From: a phage
Reading direction: 5' to 3' (one strand)
Length of the DNA: 64,000 bases
Assembly: GCA_014435945.1 (NCBI GenBank)
Contig: GCA_014435945.1_4088.1
A program made the position numbers and the translations under genes. The notes under the pieces were generated by a model. It was not told the DNA's origin. It made no database searches and saw only the letters and a list, made by a program, of their open reading frames with translations. Positions 19,423 through 28,179 of this stretch are shown here, piece by piece. Each line of letters opens with the position of its first letter. The first letter of the stretch is position 1.

Positions 19423-19441
19423 GTGGGGAATAGTTCCCCAC
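19423..19441 (+). promoter_or_regulatory. Conserved 5' leader hairpin GTGGGGAA-tag-TTCCCCAC
   Basis: About 12 nt after -10 box; same motif downstream of about 30 promoters. Confidence 0.55.
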
Positions 19442-19461
19442 TATATAAGAGGATTAAAAAA

Positions 19462-19701
19462 ATGGCTAAATCAAAAATGTTCTTAGGTCACAAAAACAAA
19501 ACTCAATGGAATGTAAGCCTTTGGATTAATAACGACGAATCATTATACCGGTTGGCCCAGGACTTTATTGCCGCTAACACTAATCGTAATGATGCGGCCC
19601 GTCATATGATGCTATTTTTAGAACAGACTGGACAAGATAAAACGCCGGACGGCTTTAAGTATAGCACTACTGCGATCCGTGCGGCGATGGTTGGAATGTA
19701 A
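19462..19701 (+). CDS. hypothetical protein; paralog of 21854-22093
   Basis: Start moved to ATG 19462 (MAKSKMF); shared C-term TPDGFKYSTTAIRAAMVGM. Confidence 0.6.
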   Translation: MAKSKMFLGHKNKTQWNVSLWINNDESLYRLAQDFIAANTNRNDAARHMMLFLEQTGQDKTPDGFKYSTTAIRAAMVGM

Positions 19702-19784
19702 TAGAATATATTAAAAGTACTATTGCACGGTGATAGTACTTTATAATAGTGTTTTATTCATACACCAACGATAAGGGTAACAGC

Positions 19785-20051
19785 ATGAATATTATATATT
19801 TTGCGACGCGTGAACAAGCTCGGATCGCCGCACGCCAGGACGGGGCGACGTTTAAAGATATGGGCGTACAATCGGAACGTGGTAAACGTTGGGCCATTGT
19901 AAAGCGTAGTACCGCCAGATCATTACAGTACTGGTTAGCGGCCTTAAAAAGACCCGATAGTGTATCGCGACGAGTGGTAGAAATAAAGCTCGACCGAAAG
20001 GGCAACCGCGTGACCGTGTACCGTACTAAAAAGATTGCAGTACTTGAATAA
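19785..20051 (+). CDS. hypothetical protein; paralog of 32976-33380
   Basis: Start moved to ATG 19785 (track start is GTG); shared FATREQARI and DRKGNRVTVY. Confidence 0.58.
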   Translation: MNIIYFATREQARIAARQDGATFKDMGVQSERGKRWAIVKRSTARSLQYWLAALKRPDSVSRRVVEIKLDRKGNRVTVYRTKKIAVLE

Positions 20052-20058
20052 AAAGTAC

Positions 20059-20086
20059 TTGCAAACTAAGTTTAAAAGCGTATAAT
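20059..20086 (+). promoter_or_regulatory. sigma70-like promoter, class I
   Basis: TTGCAA 20059-20064, TATAAT 20081-20086. Confidence 0.6.
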
Positions 20087-20100
20087 GTTTTACATCGAGA

Positions 20101-20117
20101 GCGGGAATAGTTCCCGC
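20101..20117 (+). promoter_or_regulatory. Conserved 5' leader hairpin GCGGGAA-tag-TTCCCGC
   Basis: Inverted repeat read directly. Confidence 0.55.
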
Positions 20118-20138
20118 CTATAACCTGGAGTAATAAAA

Positions 20139-20369
20139 ATGACTAATATGTATATGACTGAAGTTAAAACCGTAAAAGATACTACCACTAATAAAACTAC
20201 TTACTTACAGCGGATCTGTGGTGTATGGCAACGTATCAGAAAATCAAAGTACTTTAAATTAACATCATATGCAAACCGTTCGGATTCATTCAGTACTGAA
20301 ATAAAAGGTAATAAAGTACACCAATACGGCACTTATTATTATTATAGCCTGGACGCGATTGCAGTATAA
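20139..20369 (+). CDS. hypothetical protein
   Basis: 76 aa ORF after promoter and hairpin. Confidence 0.55.
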   Translation: MTNMYMTEVKTVKDTTTNKTTYLQRICGVWQRIRKSKYFKLTSYANRSDSFSTEIKGNKVHQYGTYYYYSLDAIAV

Positions 20370-20654
20370 GCAGTTTACAAATCTTTACAATTGCCAGTAT
20401 TGACTTATTTTGTCAGTACTGGCATAATGTATTCATTGGCAGATAAGCCGTAGCCCATAGGGTGCGGAAGTGTATCTATAGAAAAAGTAGTTTAGTACAG
20501 TTACAATTGTGCACCCGGTGGGTTAGCTGTTGTCATGGGGTATATTATACCAGTACTGGATAGTGCTGTCAATACTTTTTTTACTATTCAGTACTGAAAA
20601 ACTATTTGATAAAAAGTACTTGCAAACTATGTTTAAAGGCGTATAATGTTTTAC

Positions 20655-20730
20655 ATCAGGACGGGGAACGAAATAAGTAACTTCCCGTTAAGTAGCCCAG
20701 GAGTAAGGCACACGAAAAACTCCCCTGATA
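20655..20730 (+). ncRNA. Conserved ~75-nt structured leader element, copy 1 of 3
   Basis: ggacggggaacg...aagtag...cgaaaaactcccctgat recurs at 24012-24090 and 31788-31870. Confidence 0.35.
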
Positions 20731-20797
20731 AAATAGTTTGACAATTGTTTTTAAAAGCGTATAATACTTACATAAACTACTGAATGAGGGTTACAAA

Positions 20798-21409
20798 ATG
20801 AAAACTATCACTACTACTACTTATGTTATGGATTTTTCTGAATTGAACGCAGAACAAAAAACGTCAGCTATCGAACTAGTTCGGGAACGTGAAAAAAACT
20901 CAAACGACGATTATTTTTCTGAAAGTGAAATTGAACACTATAAAGAAACAGTATTGCCGGAATATGGCATTAATGACGCTGAAATACAATTCAGTGGTTT
21001 TTGGTCCCAGGGTGACGGTGCATCAATCAGTACTGACCACGTTGACGCAGTGAAGTTTTTACGCAAGGTAAGAGCATTAACTAAGTATCGCTCAATCCGT
21101 CACCTGCTGAATGAAGATGATTTGGCGATGAGTGTAAAGCGTTCGCACTCCCACTACTCGCATGAGAATACTGTAAGCGGGTACATTGAATCGGCTTACA
21201 CTGATTTAACCGCAAAACAAGAAACGTTAGTTAATGAGCTTGAGGAACTACTCACTGACACTATTCGTGAATTATCCCGCAAGTTGTACCGTGATTTAGA
21301 GAATGCATATGAGGATCAATTCACTACTGAAAACATTACGGCACTGATTGAGGGTAACGAATATCAATTCAATGTTATTGATGGCGTAGTAGAATCAATC
21401 GAATATTAA
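20798..21409 (+). CDS. hypothetical protein (203 aa, acidic)
   Basis: ORF with own TATAAT promoter (20740-20790). Confidence 0.6.
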   Translation: MKTITTTTYVMDFSELNAEQKTSAIELVREREKNSNDDYFSESEIEHYKETVLPEYGINDAEIQFSGFWSQGDGASISTDHVDAVKFLRKVRALTKYRSIRHLLNEDDLAMSVKRSHSHYSHENTVSGYIESAYTDLTAKQETLVNELEELLTDTIRELSRKLYRDLENAYEDQFTTENITALIEGNEYQFNVIDGVVESIEY

Positions 21410-21421
21410 TTTAAAAAGTAC

Positions 21422-21449
21422 TTGCAAACTAAGTTTAAAGGCGTATAAT
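21422..21449 (+). promoter_or_regulatory. sigma70-like promoter, class I
   Basis: TTGCAA-N16-TATAAT. Confidence 0.6.
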
Positions 21450-21462
21450 ACTTTATATCGAG

Positions 21463-21481
21463 GCGGGGAGTGGTTCCCCGC
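21463..21481 (+). promoter_or_regulatory. Conserved 5' leader hairpin GCGGGGA-gtggt-TCCCCGC
   Basis: Inverted repeat. Confidence 0.55.
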
Positions 21482-21502
21482 TCATACTAAAAGGGTAACA
21501 AA

Positions 21503-21769
21503 ATGAAAACTTTAAATATCACAACTGCACATCAATTGGTTCGGGATGCGATGGATCATGTGCAAGATTTCTTCCCTGATGTAAGTGTAGTGACTTATGA
21601 AAAAGGTACTTGGACTTATTCAACAATTAACGGTTATGAGCCTGATTTTGATGATCTGGAAGAAATGGAATTTAATTTTGATCTGCTGAATGATGCCGCC
21701 CGTGAAGTGGGAAACGATGTTCAATACATTGATGGAGTAGTCGCACCTGATGCCGTAAAAGGATTATAA
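21503..21769 (+). CDS. hypothetical protein
   Basis: 88 aa; SD AAAGGG. Confidence 0.6.
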   Translation: MKTLNITTAHQLVRDAMDHVQDFFPDVSVVTYEKGTWTYSTINGYEPDFDDLEEMEFNFDLLNDAAREVGNDVQYIDGVVAPDAVKGL

Positions 21770-21775
21770 AAGTAC

Positions 21776-21803
21776 TTGCAAACTAAGTTTAAAGGCGTAT
21801 AAT
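21776..21803 (+). promoter_or_regulatory. sigma70-like promoter, class I
   Basis: TTGCAA-N16-TATAAT. Confidence 0.6.
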
Positions 21804-21816
21804 ACTTTATATCGAG

Positions 21817-21835
21817 GCGGGGAGTGGTTCCCCGC
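21817..21835 (+). promoter_or_regulatory. Conserved 5' leader hairpin
   Basis: GCGGGGA-gtggt-TCCCCGC, identical to 21463 copy. Confidence 0.55.
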
Positions 21836-21853
21836 TCAAACGAGGATTAAAAA

Positions 21854-22093
21854 ATGGCTAGTACTAAAACTTACAACGGGCACAAAAACAAAACTCATTG
21901 GAATGTTTCCTTATGGATTAATAACGGTGAGTCATTGTATCGGCTTGCTCAAAGTTGCATCGCACAAAGTAGAACTAAAGATATTGCTGCGGAATGTATG
22001 TACCGCAGATTAAAAGCCAACGGTACTACTACAACGCCGGACGGATTCAAGTATAGCACTACGGCGATCCGTGCTGCAATGGTTGGAATGTAA
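21854..22093 (+). CDS. hypothetical protein; paralog of 19462-19701
   Basis: 79 aa; HKNKTHWNVSLWINNGESLYRLAQ shared. Confidence 0.6.
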   Translation: MASTKTYNGHKNKTHWNVSLWINNGESLYRLAQSCIAQSRTKDIAAECMYRRLKANGTTTTPDGFKYSTTAIRAAMVGM

Positions 22094-22151
22094 TATTCAG
22101 TACTGTAACAATGGCGGGGAATGGTTCCCGCCTTTATTGAGGGTTTATCTA

Positions 22152-22412
22152 ATGAGTAAAGTAATTAACTATACAGTACTAAGCAAGTCATTATCTATTA
22201 GCCAGTGCACCGATGGTTATTGGTTTTATGATGAAACGCGTGGAATGAATTTAGCTATGCGTGCAAAAACTGCTGAGGCGGCGTATCTTGAGGCACTGGA
22301 ATACTACCAGGAACGTTTAACGGAAGTAGAAGAAGATTATAAAAGCCTCAAAGCGAAAGTAGATCATTTCGTCGGTCAATTCATCGAGGAAGACGCCGAC
22401 AAACAATATTGA
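22152..22412 (+). CDS. hypothetical protein
   Basis: Start moved to ATG 22152 (MSKVINY) after leader hairpin. Confidence 0.55.
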   Translation: MSKVINYTVLSKSLSISQCTDGYWFYDETRGMNLAMRAKTAEAAYLEALEYYQERLTEVEEDYKSLKAKVDHFVGQFIEEDADKQY

Positions 22413-22498
22413 AAAAGTACTTGCAATTAGTTTTCAGTACTGTATAATGGTTTACATCAAAGGGAGAAATGGTTCTCCCTGGTAATGAGGAAAATAAA

Positions 22499-22720
22499 AT
22501 GGCTAATATCACTACTCTTTCCCAACTGGAAGCACTGGTTAAATCTATGCGGGAACATGCCGACAAAATCGGCGTACAAGATCCAGCCGTTTGCTTCTGC
22601 GACGAATTGAATGATGATACCCTGGTAATAGCAGAAGTCCAGGACGTTTCTAACTATTCCTCGCGTTACACTGGCGGCGTAGCAAATAAAGGTGACTTCT
22701 GTTTATACCTTACAAAATAA
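22499..22720 (+). CDS. hypothetical protein
   Basis: Start moved to ATG 22499 (MANITTL). Confidence 0.58.
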   Translation: MANITTLSQLEALVKSMREHADKIGVQDPAVCFCDELNDDTLVIAEVQDVSNYSSRYTGGVANKGDFCLYLTK

Positions 22721-22963
22721 CAACGCGGGGAGATAATAACTCCCCGTTACTTTTTCAGTACTGAATCATTTAATAGACGGATCTCGGCACCCGGTGGGTT
22801 AGTGACTGTTTCGTCTTGATGTAGTAATTATGCCAGTACTGGATGCACTTGTCAACAATTATTTTCCAAATACTTTTTATTAAAATACTTGCTATTAGTT
22901 TTTAAACGCGTATAATGTTTTGCATAGGGGGAGCGGTTCCCCTGGTAACTAAGGAATAAGAAA

Positions 22964-23200
22964 ATGGTCGAACAAATCAAATCAACGTCTTCGAATGTAA
23001 CGGGAACGGTAGCACACTTTACTAGTGATGAATCGCGGGGCGTTCCCTATTGTGCTGTACATGTAAACACTGAGGGTAACTACTGGTTTACGGTTTACGG
23101 ATCATATTCATTTGGACGGCCAGGGCATCAAAAAATTCTGGATAAAGTACAACCAACGGGTAAAAATATCACTGCCGAAATGTTTTATAAAAAATCATAA
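22964..23200 (+). CDS. hypothetical protein
   Basis: 78 aa; promoter and hairpin upstream. Confidence 0.58.
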   Translation: MVEQIKSTSSNVTGTVAHFTSDESRGVPYCAVHVNTEGNYWFTVYGSYSFGRPGHQKILDKVQPTGKNITAEMFYKKS

Positions 23201-23284
23201 AGTACTTGCAATTAGTTTTTAGTACTGTATAATATTTTACATCGCAAGGGGAAACGGTTTCCCCTGGTAACTAAGGATAATCAA

Positions 23285-23584
23285 ATGAAAGTAGCAATCA
23301 TCGCCCTGGCTTTATCTGTTTCCTCTTTCGCTGTTAATGCGTCGTTAGATGTACCTGGTGATAAATTCATTCAGTGCACCGTAGCAATGACAGATGAAAG
23401 TACTGGCGAGATTGTATTAAAGGATTTAGAGATCCAGCCGGAAGCATTTAAAAACGGCCCGTTCCATGAAGAAGACGAAAACGGTAGCACAACAATTTAT
23501 TATGATGCCAGTACTAAACGTGGTTCTGTCACTGTAATGGATACGGAGAAAGTAACTCACACCGGAGTAATTAACTGTTTATAA
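23285..23584 (+). CDS. hypothetical secreted protein
   Basis: N-term MKVAIIALALSVSSFAVNAS looks like a signal peptide. Confidence 0.6.
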   Translation: MKVAIIALALSVSSFAVNASLDVPGDKFIQCTVAMTDESTGEIVLKDLEIQPEAFKNGPFHEEDENGSTTIYYDASTKRGSVTVMDTEKVTHTGVINCL

Positions 23585-23666
23585 TAGTTTGACTATGTAT
23601 TACAGTACTGTATAATAGATACATAAGGGGCGAATAGTTTGCCCCTGGCATAAAGGGGAAAACATT

Positions 23667-23897
23667 ATGACAGCACGAATTGTTTTACTTAACGCTGGAA
23701 GTACTACACAACTCCTTAACGCCGTGCATTATGATATTGAAACGAGCGTTAATCTTATCAGTACTGTAGTACTATTGGACACTGGAAAGGTCGCCAATGA
23801 TAAAGCGATTGCAGGTATACTAACTGATCTCAAGCCTGGTAGCAGTACGCCAATAACGTTAAATGGCAAAGTGTTTAATATTTTACTTACTGATTAA
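23667..23897 (+). CDS. hypothetical protein
   Basis: 76 aa; SD AAGGGGA. Confidence 0.55.
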   Translation: MTARIVLLNAGSTTQLLNAVHYDIETSVNLISTVVLLDTGKVANDKAIAGILTDLKPGSSTPITLNGKVFNILLTD

Positions 23898-23903
23898 GTA
23901 CAT

Positions 23904-23930
23904 AGCCCACCTGGTGGGCTTTTTTGTTTT
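23904..23930 (+). terminator. Intrinsic terminator
   Basis: GCCCACC-tg-GTGGGC followed by TTTTTTGTTTTT. Confidence 0.65.
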
Positions 23931-24011
23931 TGTAGTATCGTAGTACTGAGATACTTTAAAAATAGTTTTAAAAAAGTAGTTGACATTACCACAAAAAGGC
24001 GTAGAATGTAT

Positions 24012-24090
24012 TACATCAAGACGGGGAGCACTAAGTAGACCGCCAGTAAGTCGAACGAAAAACTGGACACGTCGAGAAAACTTTGATACA
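24012..24090 (+). ncRNA. Conserved structured leader element, copy 2
   Basis: caagacggggagcactaagtag...cgaaaaact; between promoter and gene 24131. Confidence 0.35.
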
Positions 24091-24130
24091 CTAATAAACG
24101 TAAACTAAACTTTAATTGAGGATTTATAAA

Positions 24131-24613
24131 ATGGCTAATGTAAAATCATTCATCAAAGCACTGGTAGCAAATGAAACTAACGTCGCGGCAGAGATCCTGG
24201 CTGAACTGGATAACGATACCATGAAAGCGGTACGCAATAATTTTAACATCGCGTACAGTACTGCGAAAGAACTACAAGCAAATAAAGCGGCAGAAATTGA
24301 AGCGGCAAAGGCGGCCCGTGAAGCAGAACTACAAGCAACAATCGAAAGTATTCAGGCGGCAGTAGTTGGATTGGATCTGGAAGTAGTTACAGAGATGGCA
24401 CAAAAAGCCCTGGCGGTTAAGTATGGGGAAGACAAGCCAGAAGTAAAAGCCAAAAAATGGATTCAGGAACGCGTAGCGGTAGTACTGGACAACGGGGAAG
24501 AATATCTGATTCCGGTGCGTGGTAACTGCATTGCGGTAGTACTGGATGCGATTAACTCCAGTGGTATGACTCGCGAGGAATGGATCGAAGCTCATCGCAA
24601 AGTTGAAGCATAA
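24131..24613 (+). CDS. hypothetical protein (Ala/Glu-rich, predicted helical)
   Basis: Start moved to ATG 24131 (track start is TTG); SD GAGGA. Confidence 0.58.
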   Translation: MANVKSFIKALVANETNVAAEILAELDNDTMKAVRNNFNIAYSTAKELQANKAAEIEAAKAAREAELQATIESIQAAVVGLDLEVVTEMAQKALAVKYGEDKPEVKAKKWIQERVAVVLDNGEEYLIPVRGNCIAVVLDAINSSGMTREEWIEAHRKVEA

Positions 24614-24634
24614 CAATTAAAGTACTGAATCACT

Positions 24635-24662
24635 AGCCCACCTTAAACGGTGGGCTTTTTTG
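24635..24662 (+). terminator. Intrinsic terminator
   Basis: AGCCCACC-ttaaac-GGTGGGCT followed by TTTTTTG. Confidence 0.65.
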
Positions 24663-24898
24663 TGTTTATCGTTTACCAGCTCCACATCACCGCCTAGAAA
24701 CGATTCTAACGCATTAAACTGATTATCTGATGCATTGCCCTAGCTGGTGGCGTTAAGGTCGTTGTAATGCGATTGAGAGCGTTTAAAGTATTTTGCAAAA
24801 AGTAATAAAAAGTACTTGCACGATTAAGAGATTAGCGTATAATGTTTTACATCGAGAGGGGGAAACGGTTCTCCTTCCAAATCAAAGGAATAAAAACA

Positions 24899-25126
24899 AT
24901 GGCTATTATCATTACTCGCGTATCTGGTACTACTGGCAACGAACAAGTAGTTGCAGTCATTACCAACAAGGAAGGTGCGGAATTGCAAAATGCAATGAAT
25001 ACCTGGGCCGTTAATGAGTTCGGTCAGTGGGCAAGTGTAGCATACATTGAAACCTATCAAGTGCCGTCGATTAGTTTAACTGATTTGGGCGTTGAGCGTA
25101 TCCTTTGCCTGGATGAATTAAATTAA
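24899..25126 (+). CDS. hypothetical protein
   Basis: Start moved to ATG 24899 (MAIIITRVSG). Confidence 0.58.
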   Translation: MAIIITRVSGTTGNEQVVAVITNKEGAELQNAMNTWAVNEFGQWASVAYIETYQVPSISLTDLGVERILCLDELN

Positions 25127-25212
25127 AAAAAGTACTTGCAAAGTAAATCGAATAAAGTATAATACATTACATCAAGGGGAGAAATGGTTCTCCCCACTAC
25201 AAGGAAACTAAA

Positions 25213-25356
25213 ATGAAAACTTGTCAATGTGGTCAGAAATCTATTACGGGTTTAAAGCGGGGCGTTGCTCTTTGCCAGTACCATTATAATTTACAAGTAT
25301 GGGGTAAAGAATGGGCCGACCAGGTGGAAGCAGCAAAGAAAGCAAAAAGTAAGTAA
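25213..25356 (+). CDS. small Cys-containing protein (47 aa)
   Basis: Hand-translated MKTCQCGQKSITGLKRGVALCQYHY...; promoter, hairpin and SD upstream. Confidence 0.45.
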   Translation: MKTCQCGQKSITGLKRGVALCQYHYNLQVWGKEWADQVEAAKKAKSK

Positions 25357-25420
25357 AAATATTATCACAGTACTATTGACATAGTTTGATAGTACTGGCA
25401 TAATAGATTTTATCAAGACA
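25349..25420 (+). repeat. 72-bp promoter cassette, copy 1 (exact duplicate of 25641-25712)
   Basis: gtaagtaaaaatattatcacagtactattgacatagtttgatagtactggcataatagattttatcaagaca. Confidence 0.6.
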
Positions 25421-25435
25421 ACTGAGGAAAATAAA

Positions 25436-25648
25436 ATGGCTATCATCACTAAAATCAAAGTTAACAAATCACTGGTTAAGCTGGAAGAAGTGAAAGAAGG
25501 TTATAAAGTATCTTGGTGCGGCATGTATCGGATATTCACTGATATTGATGACGCAATCAATTATTACAGCGACACGGTTAAAAACTTTGTTCGTGCTGAT
25601 GTGGTTATGGCAGTGGCAACGCACAAAGCAGCGAAAGAAAGTAAGTAA
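25436..25648 (+). CDS. hypothetical protein
   Basis: 70 aa; MAIITKIKV. Confidence 0.58.
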   Translation: MAIITKIKVNKSLVKLEEVKEGYKVSWCGMYRIFTDIDDAINYYSDTVKNFVRADVVMAVATHKAAKESK

Positions 25649-25712
25649 AAATATTATCACAGTACTATTGACATAGTTTGATAGTACTGGCATAATAGAT
25701 TTTATCAAGACA
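25641..25712 (+). repeat. 72-bp promoter cassette, copy 2
   Basis: Identical to 25349-25420; includes last codons (KSK/ESK-stop) of upstream gene. Confidence 0.6.
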
Positions 25713-25737
25713 ACATATTAATTTAAGGAATACAAAA

Positions 25738-26061
25738 ATGGCTAAAACTATCATTAACACCGTTTCCCTGGCTGCAATCCGTGCAATCAATGTTGACGGT
25801 AAACGTTGGACTGATTCATATGGCAATACTTATCATTCTTGTCATGTAAGCGTTGAACTGGATAACGGTTTGAATGATCTGGCGGTTGAATCATTTACTT
25901 ATGGCTATGAAGATGCATATCAACAAACGGCGTTATCTCTCTTAAAGGAATCAGTAGACGGGCTTAATACTGATGAAACCTCCCTTACTCGTGTGTGCAA
26001 TGATCTTAATATCCCGTTGCATTGTACTGTACAGAATGTTAAACGCAAAAAAGATCTTTAA
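25738..26061 (+). CDS. hypothetical protein; paralog of 32566-32889
   Basis: Shared RWTDS[YH]GNTYHSC, FTYGY and C-term VKRKKD. Confidence 0.6.
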   Translation: MAKTIINTVSLAAIRAINVDGKRWTDSYGNTYHSCHVSVELDNGLNDLAVESFTYGYEDAYQQTALSLLKESVDGLNTDETSLTRVCNDLNIPLHCTVQNVKRKKDL

Positions 26062-26141
26062 TTAGCTTTACTTTATGCAGATACTTTGATATAGTGTCTG
26101 CATAGGGGAAAGAAATTAAATTAACTTAAGAGGATCGTATA

Positions 26142-26411
26142 ATGAAAAATATCAGTACTTTAATCGATGCAGGTACTCATGTTCGTCGGTCTATGGTTGC
26201 AACCAGTACTACAAAACAAGTAGCGAGCGGTTATCTTGTATTTGTGCACGATGGTAAACTCCTGGAACGTTCAATCAATTTTGATGTTAAAAACAATTGC
26301 CGTTTTATTATCTTTAAGCGTGAGCAATATAAAATTGATTTACCAGCAAAGCCCATTAGTGGGGCGTACAACGTGCAATCATTGTTTGAACGTCAACCAT
26401 ACACCTATTAA
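26142..26411 (+). CDS. hypothetical protein
   Basis: 89 aa; SD AAGAGGA. Confidence 0.55.
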   Translation: MKNISTLIDAGTHVRRSMVATSTTKQVASGYLVFVHDGKLLERSINFDVKNNCRFIIFKREQYKIDLPAKPISGAYNVQSLFERQPYTY

Positions 26412-26462
26412 TCAAAACATCGTTAGCGGTCGATTCAGGCCGCTTATATTGGGGATTATACC

Positions 26463-26735
26463 ATGAACGTTAATCAAGTACTGAATGAGATCGAAAGCAT
26501 CATTAAACCGATGAAGCGTACTGATGCTATGTTAACACCGGAAGAATGCCGCCTTTATGAGCGTTACAGCGTCGAACAAGTCCAGGCAATGGCTATGGCT
26601 ACCCCAGCCGTTAAACCGCCTGAGAATGCGTTACAGGACGTTACAGGGGATTATATCATCAATCCAGTACTAGGGAAGATGGCTGCAATCACCGAAGATC
26701 AACAAGACTACTTAAGCCAGTACTTAAAAGGTTAA
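26463..26735 (+). CDS. hypothetical protein
   Basis: 90 aa. Confidence 0.55.
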   Translation: MNVNQVLNEIESIIKPMKRTDAMLTPEECRLYERYSVEQVQAMAMATPAVKPPENALQDVTGDYIINPVLGKMAAITEDQQDYLSQYLKG

Positions 26736-26740
26736 TTAAT

Positions 26741-26950
26741 ATGCTTACTGTACAGGATAAGATCGACATCTTAAAGGTTAATATGTATGTGATTGATGCC
26801 GTACCTGGTAAAGTATTTGCATACGATGACACTACTGTAAGCGATTTCTACTATAGCCAGGCCGTGGGGGATCTTTCTGTACAGTCGGTTATTGAAAACG
26901 TAGTTAATGCAGCGTATGAGCATTTACTTTCAAATAGTACTTGCAATTAG
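26741..26950 (+). CDS. hypothetical protein
   Basis: 69 aa; close-coupled to upstream gene. Confidence 0.5.
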   Translation: MLTVQDKIDILKVNMYVIDAVPGKVFAYDDTTVSDFYYSQAVGDLSVQSVIENVVNAAYEHLLSNSTCN

Positions 26951-27019
26951 TTTTTAAACGCGTATAATGTTTTACATGAAGGGGAGAAATGATTCTCCCC
27001 ACTAATTAAGGAATATGAA

Positions 27020-27166
27020 ATGAAAGCATCAAAAAAGAGTACTAACAAGAAAGCACGTTCAACCTTAGATGGGGTATTCCCTTTACGTTTTGTTGATGAA
27101 GTAGTTTCCTACCCGCCGGGCCTTACTCCTGAGATGGTAGAAAGTTTGCGTAAATCTAAAAAATAG
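27020..27166 (+). CDS. small basic protein (48 aa)
   Basis: Hand-translated MKASKKSTNKKARS...; promoter and hairpin upstream. Confidence 0.45.
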   Translation: MKASKKSTNKKARSTLDGVFPLRFVDEVVSYPPGLTPEMVESLRKSKK

Positions 27167-27248
27167 TACTTGCAATTAGTTTTTAGTACTGTATAATAGT
27201 TTACATGAAGGGGAAAACGTTCCCCTTACACCTAACGAGGAAAGTATA

Positions 27249-27500
27249 ATGGAAACAATTTTAATCAAAGACACTGCTACTACTGTAACTTATGATAATG
27301 ATTGCATTATCCCAGGGACTGAGTACGGCGAACGTGTACCCGTTCAAGTAGAGATTGATACCACATACATCGACAAGGCTGACCAGTGTATCACTATTGT
27401 AATTGGTGAATATCGTTTTCTACCAGAAGAGATCCAAAAATGGCAGAATATGATTGACCGTGCGAAATTAGTCGCACAAAGTTTAAAATACAAAGTTTAA
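27249..27500 (+). CDS. hypothetical protein
   Basis: 83 aa; SD AACGAGGAAAG. Confidence 0.58.
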   Translation: METILIKDTATTVTYDNDCIIPGTEYGERVPVQVEIDTTYIDKADQCITIVIGEYRFLPEEIQKWQNMIDRAKLVAQSLKYKV

Positions 27501-27586
27501 AATAATACTTGCAATTAGTTTTTAAACGCGTATAATGTTTTACATGAAGGGGAGAAATGATTCTCCCCAATAACAGGAGAAACAAA

Positions 27587-27739
27587 ATGAAACAATACAA
27601 CGCTCGGTTTGATGTTACTATCGGTAACGGCAAAGGTCAATTCTCTTTCAGTACTCGCAAAAGTTATACAGAAAACTTCCTGCGTAATTGTGCACTGACC
27701 GCCGCACAAATTAAACATTACTTTCAGGCTAAAAAATGA
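27587..27739 (+). CDS. hypothetical protein
   Basis: Start moved to ATG 27587 (MKQYNARF). Confidence 0.55.
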   Translation: MKQYNARFDVTIGNGKGQFSFSTRKSYTENFLRNCALTAAQIKHYFQAKK

Positions 27740-27825
27740 AATCATTAGCTTATTACAGTTCGGCCCTGGTCGGTGCATTGATCGCGGCATTGTTAGTAAC
27801 CTATCTATTCTTTATGGTGATTTAA
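27736..27825 (+). CDS. small hydrophobic peptide (29 aa, single predicted TM helix)
   Basis: ATGA overlap with upstream stop; MKSLAYYSSALVGALIAALLVTYLFFMVI. Confidence 0.4.
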   Translation: MKSLAYYSSALVGALIAALLVTYLFFMVI

Positions 27826-27969
27826 ATGAATCCAACAGGCTTAAATTATAAAAGTTGTTCGGCGTTTACGAAAGCAAATAAAGCGAATGCACGTAAAGCG
27901 AAAGTACAGGAATACATCAAGCAAGGCATGACGCGAAAGGCGGCGATTCTAAAAGCTAAAAATAAATGA
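27826..27969 (+). CDS. small basic protein (47 aa)
   Basis: Starts directly after upstream stop; Lys/Ala-rich. Confidence 0.4.
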   Translation: MNPTGLNYKSCSAFTKANKANARKAKVQEYIKQGMTRKAAILKAKNK

Positions 27970-28000
27970 AAAAAGTGGTTGACTCCGGTCAGCCATTTTG
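27970..28000 (+). terminator. Terminator-like hairpin (A-run, GTGGTTGAC..GTCAGCCAT, T-run) at start of repeat module
   Basis: Same module at 31633, 34899 and 37657. Confidence 0.45.
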
Positions 28001-28179
28001 CTATTATATATTCATTGAGAGATAGCTCACTAGCCCACAGGGTGCATAAGTGTATCTATTATATAAGTATTGAGTACTGAAAACTATTTTTAAAAAGTAC
28101 TTGCAAACTATCTCAATAAGCGTATAATGTTTTACATCGCAAGGGGAAATGGTTTCCCCTGGTAATAAGGAAACGAATC

